In this document: in pieces, positions 27,773 to 36,761 of the stretch
Layout: the number at the start of each line of letters is the position of its first letter
Position numbering within the stretch: position 1 is the first letter of the stretch
DNA from: an uncultured Candidatus Binatia bacterium
GTDB lineage: Bacteria > Desulfobacterota > Binatia > Bin18
DNA: 64,000 bases
Direction of reading: 5' to 3'
Assembly: GCA_965200965.1 (NCBI GenBank)
Contig: OZ241744.1
Coordinates: 64,001 to 128,000, forward strand
Notes under the pieces: generated by a model
What the model was told of the DNA's origin: nothing
The model's database searches: none
The model's input: the letters and a program-made list of their open reading frames with translations, nothing else
Translations under genes and position numbers: made by a program

Positions 27773-29173
27773 ATGATGCGCGATCGGCGAAAAAGGATTG
27801 GTATCGGCCTGCTCGTCACGACGCTCGGGATTGGAGCAGTGCTGCTCGGCAGCCACGGGTTTGATCGCGTTGCGGCTGTTGGGCGCGAGGATTATGAAGG
27901 TCTGGAATCGTTCTCCAATGTGCTGGCCATCGTGCAGAAAAACTATGTCCAAGAGGTAAAAACCAGCCAGTTGGTTGAGGGGGCGATTGACGGCATGTTG
28001 ACCGCCCTTGACCCTCACAGCGCCTATCTCACCCCCGATTTGTACCGCGAGCTTCAGGTAGACACCGAGGGCAGTTTTGGCGGATTAGGCATTGAGATTA
28101 CGCTGCGTGACGGTCTGCTGACCGTGGTCTCCCCGATCGAGGATACGCCGGCCTATCGCGCCGGGGTCAAAGCCGGGGACCAGATCGTCAAGATCGACGG
28201 AGAACTGACCAAAGACCTGACCCTGCTCGAAGCGGTCAAAAGGATGCGCGGTCCGCAGGGCAGTCAGGTGACGATTTCTGTCCGACGCGAGGGGGTTGAC
28301 CGCTTTCTTGATATTTCGCTGACCCGTGAGGTGATTAAAATCAGGAGTGTCAAGTCAAAACTCCTGGAGCCAGGCTATGGCTATATCCGCCTGACCCAGT
28401 TTCAGGACCGAACCACGGCCGACCTTGAAGACGCGCTCGCGCGCTTCAGCCAGAACGGCCAGGAACTCAAGGGGCTGGTGCTTGACCTGCGCAGCAATCC
28501 CGGCGGACTGCTGAGCCAGGCGGTCAAGGTGGCCGACGTGTTTCTCGACAGCGGCATGATCGTGTATACCAAAGGCCGGCTTAATACCCAGCAGCAGAAA
28601 TATCTCGCCCACCCCGGCGGACATACCGGGTTCCCCCTCGTCGTGCTGGTCAATAACGGCAGCGCAAGCGCGTCCGAGATTGTGGCCGGCGCGGTCCAGG
28701 ATCACGGGCGGGCGGTGGTCTTAGGCACCCAGACCTTTGGCAAAGGCTCGGTCCAGACCATCTTGCCCCTGGAAAATGGTGATGCCCTGCGCCTGACCAC
28801 CGCCATGTATTACACGCCCAACGGCCGTTCGATTCAGGTCACCGGCGTCAAGCCCGACCACATCGTTGAGAATGTTCTGCCCGAGCACATCGCCGCCAAC
28901 CGCCAGCGGGGGATCCGAGAGGAAAATCTGCGCGGGCATCTTGACAATACAATGTCCCAGGAAACGTCACCGACCCAGGTCCAGAGTATTCAGGCCGCGC
29001 CCAACCCCTCCACGCCACTGTCGCCCGACGCCTCCGCGGATGAGGAAGCGATCAAAGAGGGCGAGTTGGGCAAAGACCCCCAGCTTGATAGAGCCCTGGA
29101 ACTGCTCAGGTCCTGGCCGGGCATCCCTGCCACAAGCGTTGCCGCGGCCCCGCCCGTAGACAGACAAGAGTAA
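27773..29173 (+). CDS. ctpA: S41 carboxyl-terminal processing protease
   Basis: LDPHS, PDZ domain GLGIEI, DLRSNPGG, SASASEIVAGA, TFGKGSVQ. Confidence 0.92.
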   Translation: MMRDRRKRIGIGLLVTTLGIGAVLLGSHGFDRVAAVGREDYEGLESFSNVLAIVQKNYVQEVKTSQLVEGAIDGMLTALDPHSAYLTPDLYRELQVDTEGSFGGLGIEITLRDGLLTVVSPIEDTPAYRAGVKAGDQIVKIDGELTKDLTLLEAVKRMRGPQGSQVTISVRREGVDRFLDISLTREVIKIRSVKSKLLEPGYGYIRLTQFQDRTTADLEDALARFSQNGQELKGLVLDLRSNPGGLLSQAVKVADVFLDSGMIVYTKGRLNTQQQKYLAHPGGHTGFPLVVLVNNGSASASEIVAGAVQDHGRAVVLGTQTFGKGSVQTILPLENGDALRLTTAMYYTPNGRSIQVTGVKPDHIVENVLPEHIAANRQRGIREENLRGHLDNTMSQETSPTQVQSIQAAPNPSTPLSPDASADEEAIKEGELGKDPQLDRALELLRSWPGIPATSVAAAPPVDRQE

Positions 29174-29180
29174 GCGGTCA

Positions 29181-30452
29181 ATGACACCTTCTGCGCCGTC
29201 CCGCGGCCTGCCTGCCCGGCAGTCTCACGCTCCTGTCCTGTCCGTGTCTGAGTTGACCGCCCGGATCAAGGGGGTATTGGAGGCCGACTTTGACGAGGTG
29301 TGGGTGGCGGGTGAAATCTCGGGGCTGCGCAGCCCGCCTTCGGGTCACAGGTATTTTACCCTCAAGGACAGGACCAGCCAGTTGCGCTGTGTCATGTTCC
29401 GCGGCCAGGCCGGATTGCTCCGTTTTCGGCCCGAAGACGGCCTGGAGGTCATCATTCGAGGTCGTATCGGCTTGTATCCGGCGCGTGGTGATATGCAGCT
29501 GTACGCCTCGGGCATGGAGCCGCGCGGAGTTGGAGCGCAACAACTGGCGCTTGAACAACTGAAGGCCGCCCTGGAGGCTGAAGGGCTGTTTGCCGCGGAG
29601 CGGAAAAAACCCCTGCCGTTTTTTCCCCGTCATGTAGGGGTGGTCACTGCCCAGACCGGAGCCGCCATTCACGATATTCTGACGATTGTGTACCAGCGTT
29701 GCGCGTACACCCATGTCCTGCTCCGGCCAGCAAAGGTTCAGGGGGCCGGAGCCGAGGCTGAGATTGCGGCCGGCATCCGAGAGCTCAATGAGCATGCCGA
29801 GGCCGAGGTCATCATTGTTGGCCGGGGCGGCGGGTCGCGGGAGGACCTGAGCGTCTTTAATGACGAGGTAGTGGCCCGCGCCATTGCCGCCTCTGAGATT
29901 CCGGTGGTGGCCGCGGTGGGCCACGAAATTGATCTCAGTATTGCCGATCTGGTTGCCGATAGACGCGCCCCGACCCCGACCGCGGCGGCCGAGATGGTGA
30001 TGCCGCGCTGGGACGATTTGCAGGCCCGTATCGGCACCCAGGCGCGGGCCCTGGTCATGGCCATGCAACGCCACATGAGCCGGCGGCGTCAGGCGGTGTT
30101 GAGTCTGCGCCAACGTTTGCGCGATCCCCACCACGACCTCGGCGTCCGACGCAATCAGCTCCACGCCCTGGCAGCACACTTGCGGGGCGCGTTCCAGCGC
30201 CGGGGCGAGCGAGCCCAGGCCCGGCTCCAGGAACTCAGCGCCACCCTGAACAGCCTGAGCCCCTTGGCGGTCTTAGGCCGGGGCTATAGTCTCACGCGGA
30301 CGATTCCCGACGGCAGGGTGGTCGCCAACGCCGGACAGCTCAGGCCGGGCGGTCGTGTCCGCCTGATGTTTGCCGCAGGAGAAGCAATTGCCCGCATAGA
30401 GCAGATACAGGAGGGAGAGGAGCAGGGTGAAACAGCCGCCGAAAACGTTTGA
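29181..30452 (+). CDS. xseA: Exodeoxyribonuclease VII large subunit
   Basis: SGHRYFTLKD, GRGGGSREDL, VGHEID, APTPTAAAE. Confidence 0.95.
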   Translation: MTPSAPSRGLPARQSHAPVLSVSELTARIKGVLEADFDEVWVAGEISGLRSPPSGHRYFTLKDRTSQLRCVMFRGQAGLLRFRPEDGLEVIIRGRIGLYPARGDMQLYASGMEPRGVGAQQLALEQLKAALEAEGLFAAERKKPLPFFPRHVGVVTAQTGAAIHDILTIVYQRCAYTHVLLRPAKVQGAGAEAEIAAGIRELNEHAEAEVIIVGRGGGSREDLSVFNDEVVARAIAASEIPVVAAVGHEIDLSIADLVADRRAPTPTAAAEMVMPRWDDLQARIGTQARALVMAMQRHMSRRRQAVLSLRQRLRDPHHDLGVRRNQLHALAAHLRGAFQRRGERAQARLQELSATLNSLSPLAVLGRGYSLTRTIPDGRVVANAGQLRPGGRVRLMFAAGEAIARIEQIQEGEEQGETAAENV

Positions 30453-30687
30453 GGCCGGGTTGCACGATTTGGAAGGGATTGTGGAGCGGATGGAAACCGG
30501 GGAGCTGTCGCTTGAGGACGCCCTGGGGGCTTTTGAGGAAGGGGTTGGTCTGGTCCGTCATCTGGGCGAGAAACTGGCCGAGGTTGAGAAGCGCCTGGAG
30601 GTGCTCAGCCGCGATCAGGACGGCGTGTTCCAGCTTCACGCCCTGCCCACTGACCCCGAAGACCAGGCACAGAACGAGGACTCGTGA
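30427..30687 (+). CDS. xseB: Exodeoxyribonuclease VII small subunit
   Basis: FEAGLHDLEGIVERMETGELSLEDALGAFEEG. Confidence 0.92.
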   Translation: MKQPPKTFEAGLHDLEGIVERMETGELSLEDALGAFEEGVGLVRHLGEKLAEVEKRLEVLSRDQDGVFQLHALPTDPEDQAQNEDS

Positions 30688-31589
30688 ATCTGACCCGCTA
30701 TATGAAAGAACGCCAAGGGCTGGTTGACCGGACGCTCAGAGCCGTTCTGGCCCCGTCCGCGGGGAAACCGCCCCGGGCCTTGGACCGAGCCATGCGCTAT
30801 AGTCTGTTTTCCGGTGGCAAGCGCATTCGTCCCATTCTGGCCCTGGCCAGTGCTGAGGCGCTCGGCGCAGACCTCGAGCCGGTCCTGCCGTTTGCCTGTG
30901 GCCTGGAGATGATCCATGCCTATTCCTTGGTCCACGACGATCTGCCAGCTATGGATGACGACGAGCTGCGGCGGGGCAAACCGACCAATCATGTGGCGTT
31001 TGGCGAAGGCATGGCGATTTTGGCCGGCGACGGGCTGCTGACCGAGGCGTTTCGGGTGATGGCCGAAGGCGCGCTGGCCGCCCCTCGGCGGGGGCAGGCG
31101 GCGCTCCGGGCGCTGTGCGAGGTGGCTGCCGCGGCCGGTGCCAGCGGCATGGTGGGCGGACAGGTCCTGGACCTGGAGGCCGAAAAGAAAAAATCGACCC
31201 GCGCCATCGTTGAGGCGATTCATACCCGGAAAACCGGAGCGATGATTCGCGCCGCTGTCCGGGTTGGGGCGCTGCTGGGCGGTGCCACGCCCCGCCAATA
31301 CGAGCGCTTGGACCGGTATGGAACGACGATTGGCTTGGCCTTTCAGGTGACGGACGACATTCTGGATATCGAAGGCGGCACAGAAAAAACCGGCAAACGC
31401 CAGGGCCGCGACGCCGAGCTGCACAAAGCCACCTATCCGGCCGCCATCGGCCTTGACCGGGCCAAACGCCTGGCCGGCGAGTTGCGCGAGGACGCGCTGG
31501 CGGCTCTTGAGCCTTTTGGGCCGACGGCTGAGCCGCTGCGTCAGCTCTGTCACCATATTGTCAACCGGGCCGTGCCGGCCCAAACGTGA
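30684..31589 (+). CDS. ispA: Farnesyl/geranyl diphosphate synthase
   Basis: GGKRIRP, HDDLPAMDDDELRRGKPT, FQVTDDILD. Confidence 0.93.
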   Translation: MNLTRYMKERQGLVDRTLRAVLAPSAGKPPRALDRAMRYSLFSGGKRIRPILALASAEALGADLEPVLPFACGLEMIHAYSLVHDDLPAMDDDELRRGKPTNHVAFGEGMAILAGDGLLTEAFRVMAEGALAAPRRGQAALRALCEVAAAAGASGMVGGQVLDLEAEKKKSTRAIVEAIHTRKTGAMIRAAVRVGALLGGATPRQYERLDRYGTTIGLAFQVTDDILDIEGGTEKTGKRQGRDAELHKATYPAAIGLDRAKRLAGELREDALAALEPFGPTAEPLRQLCHHIVNRAVPAQT

Positions 31590-32386
31590 CAGCCGCCGCG
31601 TTTCCCCTCCCCGTCCACACTGTGGTTGATCGTAAACACACATCCCGACGCGAACGCCTCGACGTGCTGACCGCCCGGCGCGGCCTGACCGCCAGCCGTG
31701 AGCAGGCCCGGCGGCTCATTATGGCCGGTGCCGTGGTGGTCAATGACCAACGTATTGACAAGCCCGGCACCCTGGTCGATAGCGCGGCTCGCGTCCGCAT
31801 CAAGGACCGCGCCCGCCCGCGCTACGTCAGCCGTGGCGGCCTCAAGTTGGAAGCCGCGCTGCGGGCCTTTTCCCTGGAGGTCTCGGGACGGGTCGCCCTT
31901 GATGTCGGTGCCTCGACCGGTGGCTTCACCGACTGCCTGCTGCAACACGGCGCGGCGCAGGTTTTTGCCGTTGATGTCGGCTATGGGCAACTGGCCTGGT
32001 CGCTCCGCCGGGACCCACGGGTGGTGAATATCGAGCGCCAGAATATCCGCACGCTTGACCCGGCTTTCCTGAGCGCCCAACCCAGCCTGAGCGTTATTGA
32101 CGCCTCGTTCATCTCGCTCACCAGGGTCATCCCCGCGGTTGTCACGCTGCTCGCCCTGGGCGGCCACGGCATCGCGCTGATCAAGCCCCAGTTCGAGCTC
32201 GGCAAGGGCAGGGTTGGGAAAGGTGGAGTCGTTCGGGACCCGGCTCTCCACACAGCAGTCGTGAACCGGCTCCAGACCCAGGCCGCAGACTGGGGCCTCA
32301 GGCCCCTGGGCCTGATTGAATCGCCGGTCCTTGGCTCTAAGGGCAATACGGAGTTTTTGTGGCACTGGCAGAAGCGGGAGGACTAG
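31586..32386 (+). CDS. tlyA: TlyA-family rRNA 2'-O-methyltransferase
   Basis: S4 domain RLD, YVSRGGLKL, DVGASTGGFTD, KPQFE. Confidence 0.92.
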   Translation: MTAAAFPLPVHTVVDRKHTSRRERLDVLTARRGLTASREQARRLIMAGAVVVNDQRIDKPGTLVDSAARVRIKDRARPRYVSRGGLKLEAALRAFSLEVSGRVALDVGASTGGFTDCLLQHGAAQVFAVDVGYGQLAWSLRRDPRVVNIERQNIRTLDPAFLSAQPSLSVIDASFISLTRVIPAVVTLLALGGHGIALIKPQFELGKGRVGKGGVVRDPALHTAVVNRLQTQAADWGLRPLGLIESPVLGSKGNTEFLWHWQKRED

Positions 32387-32402
32387 AGCGCTTTGTCACC
32401 CC

Positions 32403-32915
32403 TCAGGCGTGGATCGTCTCCAAGAGCGAATTGGTTTCAAGCTCAGGCTCAGGGACGGCCAGGAGTGTTTGAACTGTGTGGTTGACCATCGCTTTGATGA
32501 AGTTCTCCAACTTGAACTTCTTACAGCCCATTTCGGTATAGTCCCACTTCTTCGGGCCTGTAGACCTCCCGTGCTTGACTGTATCAGCCGCGTTTTCTTC
32601 AGCCGTGGCAAGATAAAGGTGCTCCACCTCGAAGCACCCCTTTTGCCCGCATTTGTGGCCTGCTATCTTCGGCATCTTTCGATACTCGATCCCTAGGGCC
32701 AGGGATAAGGCCAGCCGGTGAAGCGGATAGTTCTTGCCTTTGATCTCGATGATGTTGTAGCCGTCCCTCTTGTTCCTGTCGACGAACATACAGGGGTTCT
32801 TAGGTTTCCAATCCGGAACTACCGGGGGAGGCTGAAACCAAGCTCGTTCTTTACACCACTCGACCGCTTCCTCCGGGGTTTGCCCATTAGGGCGTCTCTC
32901 TCTGTTCTTGCTCAT
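32403..32915 (-). CDS. Phage-type HNH/His-Cys homing-endonuclease-like protein
   Basis: DGYNII...HRLALSL...GHKCGQKGCFEVEHLYLATAEENAADTVKHGR; GAGGGG RBS. Confidence 0.7.
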   Translation of the reverse strand: MSKNRERRPNGQTPEEAVEWCKERAWFQPPPVVPDWKPKNPCMFVDRNKRDGYNIIEIKGKNYPLHRLALSLALGIEYRKMPKIAGHKCGQKGCFEVEHLYLATAEENAADTVKHGRSTGPKKWDYTEMGCKKFKLENFIKAMVNHTVQTLLAVPEPELETNSLLETIHA

Positions 32916-33249
32916 TGCTTCCCCCTCTTGATCTCCGAGACCCGGAGTTCTTCCCGCAGGGCGTTGTGCTCCTCGTATATCGGATACCAGCCATCCGCGT
33001 GGGTGTACGCCTTGCCTTTGACGCTGAGCTCTCAGGTGTAAGCTGTGCGGCCCTGCGCTATTTGGGCACGGCTCGCACAATTTTTTTTTCCGTGTCCTGA
33101 TTGGCCCTAAACGCCTTGTGGGCGCTGACGCTGTGCAGGAGCACTTTTGCTTTTTCATCTTTATACTCTTGGCCGGCGTCGGCGCAGTCGCCGCAACTCC
33201 ATTGCTCAGCCTCAATGGTGGTGGCCTCTCCTCCGATAACTTGTGGCAT
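32912..33249 (-). pseudogene. Degraded phage-like small gene(s) upstream of the HNH gene
   Basis: AGGAGG-led 63-aa ORF with CxxC...HxxxxH; T9 tract at 33081-33089; fragmentary frames ending at the HNH start. Confidence 0.35.
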
Positions 33250-33357
33250 ACGCTCCTCCTGTGTGGGCAGGTTTTCCCCTGTGTTTAGCTTGGTCAGCCC
33301 GATTGATCCAGGGGGTCCCCCCTAGCCGGATTCGGTCTTCCTTTGTACCTTGGCGGC

Positions 33358-34017
33358 ATGACACTGACGCGCCAACTGTACGGGGCCGCGGCCCCGGTCT
33401 GGCAACGATCGCTCGCCCATCCTTTTGTGAGGTCTCTTGGTGATGGTTCGCTGCCCTTGGACAATTTTCGTTTCTACATGCGCCAGGATTATGTCTTTTT
33501 GATTGAATACAGCCGTCTGCTGGCGCTGGCCGCGGCCAAAGCGCCGAGCCTGGAGATCATGGCCCGCTTTGCCAATCTTTTAGACGCTACGCTCAACCGC
33601 GAGATGGCCCTGCACCGGGAGTTTGCGGCCGAGTGCGGCATCACGGCTGAGGAGTTGGCCGCTACCCGGGCTGCGCCCACGACTCGGGCCTATACCGACC
33701 ATCTGTTGGGGGTAGCCTCGCTCGGCGATATGGCCGAGACTGTTGCAGCCCTGCTGCCGTGCCAGTGGGGGTATGCCGAGATTGGCCAGACCTTGGCCGA
33801 TCGCGGCATACCGGCTGACGCGCCGTTCTATGCCAAGTGGATCGAGATGTACGCGTCTGAAGAGTTTGCGGCCCTGGCCACATGGCTGCGCGAACTCCTT
33901 GATAGCTATGCCGGGAAAACCGATCCCGATCGGCTGGTTAAGACCTTTTATCGGAGCGCGCGCTATGAGTACCTGTTCTGGGAGATGTCGTACCGCATGG
34001 AGCAGTGGCCGGTCTAA
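33358..34017 (+). CDS. tenA: Thiaminase II / aminopyrimidine aminohydrolase
   Basis: HPFV, FYMRQDY, LLPCQWGY, YEYLFWEM. Confidence 0.9.
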   Translation: MTLTRQLYGAAAPVWQRSLAHPFVRSLGDGSLPLDNFRFYMRQDYVFLIEYSRLLALAAAKAPSLEIMARFANLLDATLNREMALHREFAAECGITAEELAATRAAPTTRAYTDHLLGVASLGDMAETVAALLPCQWGYAEIGQTLADRGIPADAPFYAKWIEMYASEEFAALATWLRELLDSYAGKTDPDRLVKTFYRSARYEYLFWEMSYRMEQWPV

Positions 34018-34092
34018 GCGGGTGGGTCCTCCGGGCGGGGGATGTTGCGGGGCGGCTTGACACGCTGGGTGGAGCCGGTTAAGACAAGACGG

Positions 34093-34190
34093 CCTCTTGA
34101 ACCAGCCCTGTGAGGTGAGGACGGGTGAGCATACGCTGTATCGGGACATTCAAAAGGGCCTCCTTGCACTGCCAAGGGGGCCTTTTTTTT
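34093..34190 (+). promoter_or_regulatory. PyrR-binding attenuation leader with intrinsic terminator
   Basis: ctcttgaa...AGCCCTGTGAGG resembles the PyrR binding loop (ARUCCNGNGAGG); terminator gggcctccttg/caagggggcc plus T8 at 34156-34190; lies upstream of pyrC. Confidence 0.75.
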
Positions 34191-34257
34191 ACCGCGATGT
34201 CCGGCTCTTGACCGCAGGATCGCACCGCAGCCTACCTTGTGGAAGGAGAGCAGCCCG

Positions 34258-35577
34258 ATGAGAGTTGTCATTCGCAACGGAACCCTGGTTGATCCGGCCA
34301 ATACGAGGAATGCGCCGGCTGACGTGGTGATTGAGGACGGGCGTATCCGAGGCGTGGAGCCGCCGGGCTCAGCCCGACTGTCTGACCCCTCCGCTCTGGA
34401 GGTGGATGCCCAGGGGTGGATTGTCGCGCCCGGTTTTGTTGACCTGCATGTGCATTTTCGCGAGCCGGGCTATGAGTACAAAGAAACCGTCCAGACCGGG
34501 GCCCAGTCCGCGGTGGCGGGCGGGTTTACAACGGTTGCCTGCATGGCCAATACCAATCCGGTCAACGATAGTAGTGCTGTCACCCGCTATATTCTTGACA
34601 AAGCCCGGACCGCAAACCTGGCTCGGGTGCTGCCTGTGGGAGCCCTGTCGGTCGGGCTCAAAGGCGAAAGCCTGGCTCCGCTCGGCGAGATGCAGGAAGC
34701 CGGGATTGTGGCGGTCTCCGATGACGGCCGACCGGTGATGAGCGCCCGGCTGATGCGCCAAGCCCTCGAGTGGTGCGCGGACTTGCGGCTTCCCGTCAGC
34801 GTACACGAGGAAGATCTCAGCCTGTCGGCCGGGGGGAGCATGAATGAAGGGCCGACTGCCGCCCGCCTGGGACGCAGAGGTGTCCCTAATGTGGCCGAAG
34901 AGGTGATGATTGCCCGAGATGTGACTCTTGCCCGTCTGACTGGCGGGCATCTGCATGTGGCCCACGTCAGCGCCCGCGGCTCAATTGACCTCATTCGTCA
35001 GGCCAAAAAAGACGGCCTGCCGGTCACTGCCGAGGTTGCGCCACACCATTTCAGCCTGACCGAAGAGGCGGTAGAGGAATATGGGGCCGACGCTAAGATG
35101 GCTCCGCCGTTGCGGCAGGTCGCAGATGTCGAAGCCATGCGGGAGGGCCTGCGGGATGGGACGCTTGACGCCATTGCCACCGATCATGCGCCCCATCATC
35201 GGGATGAGAAAGCCGGGGCATTTGAACATGCGGCCCACGGCGTAGTCGGCTTAGAGACGGCCCTGCCGCTGACCTTGGGCCTCGTCGAGGCTGGCGTTCT
35301 GTCCCTGAGTGAGGTGGTTCAGAAGCTGAGCTGGAACCCGGCCCGTATCTTTCATCTGCCCTACGGCAGCCTGTCGGTTGGCGTGCCTGCCGATGTGGCG
35401 GTTTTTGACCCCAATCATGCTTGGACCGTTGTGGCGGACGGGTTGCACTCAAAAAGTACAAACACGCCCTTTGTTGGGCAACGGATGAAGGGCAGGGTAA
35501 TGTTGACCCTGGTAGATGGCCGGGTGGTGTATGATGGCAGGTCAGAACCCCCCGGGGTAAAGCCGAAGGGGCGCTGA
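34258..35577 (+). CDS. pyrC: Dihydroorotase
   Basis: [25 protein letters not shown]. Confidence 0.93.
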   Translation: MRVVIRNGTLVDPANTRNAPADVVIEDGRIRGVEPPGSARLSDPSALEVDAQGWIVAPGFVDLHVHFREPGYEYKETVQTGAQSAVAGGFTTVACMANTNPVNDSSAVTRYILDKARTANLARVLPVGALSVGLKGESLAPLGEMQEAGIVAVSDDGRPVMSARLMRQALEWCADLRLPVSVHEEDLSLSAGGSMNEGPTAARLGRRGVPNVAEEVMIARDVTLARLTGGHLHVAHVSARGSIDLIRQAKKDGLPVTAEVAPHHFSLTEEAVEEYGADAKMAPPLRQVADVEAMREGLRDGTLDAIATDHAPHHRDEKAGAFEHAAHGVVGLETALPLTLGLVEAGVLSLSEVVQKLSWNPARIFHLPYGSLSVGVPADVAVFDPNHAWTVVADGLHSKSTNTPFVGQRMKGRVMLTLVDGRVVYDGRSEPPGVKPKGR

Positions 35578-35609
35578 GTCGGGCAGAGCCGCCGACATTG
35601 GAAGCTACG

Positions 35610-36743
35610 ATGAAAGCCTTGCTTGCTCTCGCGGACGGAACGGTTTTCCACGGCGGCGCTTTTGGTGCCGAGGGGGAGGCGGTTGGCGAGCTGGTGTTTA
35701 ATACCTCGCTGACCGGCTACCAGGAGATTTTGACCGATCCTTCCTACACGGGCCAGATTGTCACCATGACCTGTCCCGAGATCGGCAATGTAGGCGTCAA
35801 TTCAGAAGATGTTGAATCCCGGCGGCCGTTTGTCGAAGGCTTTGTGGTTAAGGAATACTGGCCCCGACCGAGTAGTTGGCGGGCCCGGCAGAGCCTCGCT
35901 GCGTATATGGCTGAGCACGGTATTGTCGGCATTCAGGGTGTTGATACCCGGGCTCTGGTCCGCCACATCCGCGATTATGGGGCCCAACAAGCCGTTATTT
36001 CAAGCGTTGAACTCGATCCCCAGCGGCTCGCAGCCACAGCCCGGGCGGTGCCAGGCTTGGAAGGCCGGGATCTGGTCAAAGAGGTAACCTGTGCCCAGCC
36101 CTATGACTGGCGGCAGGGCCACTGGGAACTTGGCTCGGGCTATAGCAACACGCAGGGGGCGGGGAGAGATCCGTCTTTTTTTGTTGTGGCCTACGATTAC
36201 GGCATGAAGTTCACTATCCTGCGCCAGCTCGTGGCGTCCGGCTGCCGGGTGCGGGTTGTCCCGGCCCAGACGCCGGCCCACGAGGTCTTGGCCCTGAAAC
36301 CCGACGGGGTCTTTCTGTCAAACGGTCCCGGAGACCCCGACGCGGTGCCGTACGCCATACGCAATGTGGCCGCCCTGCTCGGCCGGGTCCCGATATTTGG
36401 GATTTGTCTGGGGCATCAGATTCTGGGGCTGGCGCTGGGAGGTAGGACCTTCAAGCTCAAGTTCGGCCACCACGGCGGCAACCACCCGGTCATGGACATG
36501 GCGACCCGAAAGGTTGAAATCACCTCCCAAAATCACGGCTTTTGTGTTGATATCGCCTCGTTGGACGGGCGGGCCGAGGTCACCCATATCAACCTCAACG
36601 ATCAGACTGCGGAAGGGCTGAGTCACCTCCAGCATCCGCTGTTTTCCGTCCAATACCACCCCGAGGCATCCCCAGGGCCACACGACGCGGGCTATCTCTT
36701 TGCCCGCTTCACCGCCCTGATGGCTCGCCATAAAAGAGGCTAG
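35610..36743 (+). CDS. carA: Carbamoyl-phosphate synthase small subunit
   Basis: [37 protein letters not shown]. Confidence 0.97.
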   Translation: MKALLALADGTVFHGGAFGAEGEAVGELVFNTSLTGYQEILTDPSYTGQIVTMTCPEIGNVGVNSEDVESRRPFVEGFVVKEYWPRPSSWRARQSLAAYMAEHGIVGIQGVDTRALVRHIRDYGAQQAVISSVELDPQRLAATARAVPGLEGRDLVKEVTCAQPYDWRQGHWELGSGYSNTQGAGRDPSFFVVAYDYGMKFTILRQLVASGCRVRVVPAQTPAHEVLALKPDGVFLSNGPGDPDAVPYAIRNVAALLGRVPIFGICLGHQILGLALGGRTFKLKFGHHGGNHPVMDMATRKVEITSQNHGFCVDIASLDGRAEVTHINLNDQTAEGLSHLQHPLFSVQYHPEASPGPHDAGYLFARFTALMARHKRG

Positions 36744-36761
36744 GCGCGCCCGCAGAAACCC

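Noticed and set aside
33030-33036. In-frame TGA in the phage-like fragment as a second selenocysteine codon
   Set aside because: It is not in a redox motif, there is no convincing downstream hairpin, and the region is otherwise degraded.
33250-33357. TPP riboswitch upstream of tenA
   Set aside because: The conserved CUGAGA and following TPP-aptamer elements are not discernible.
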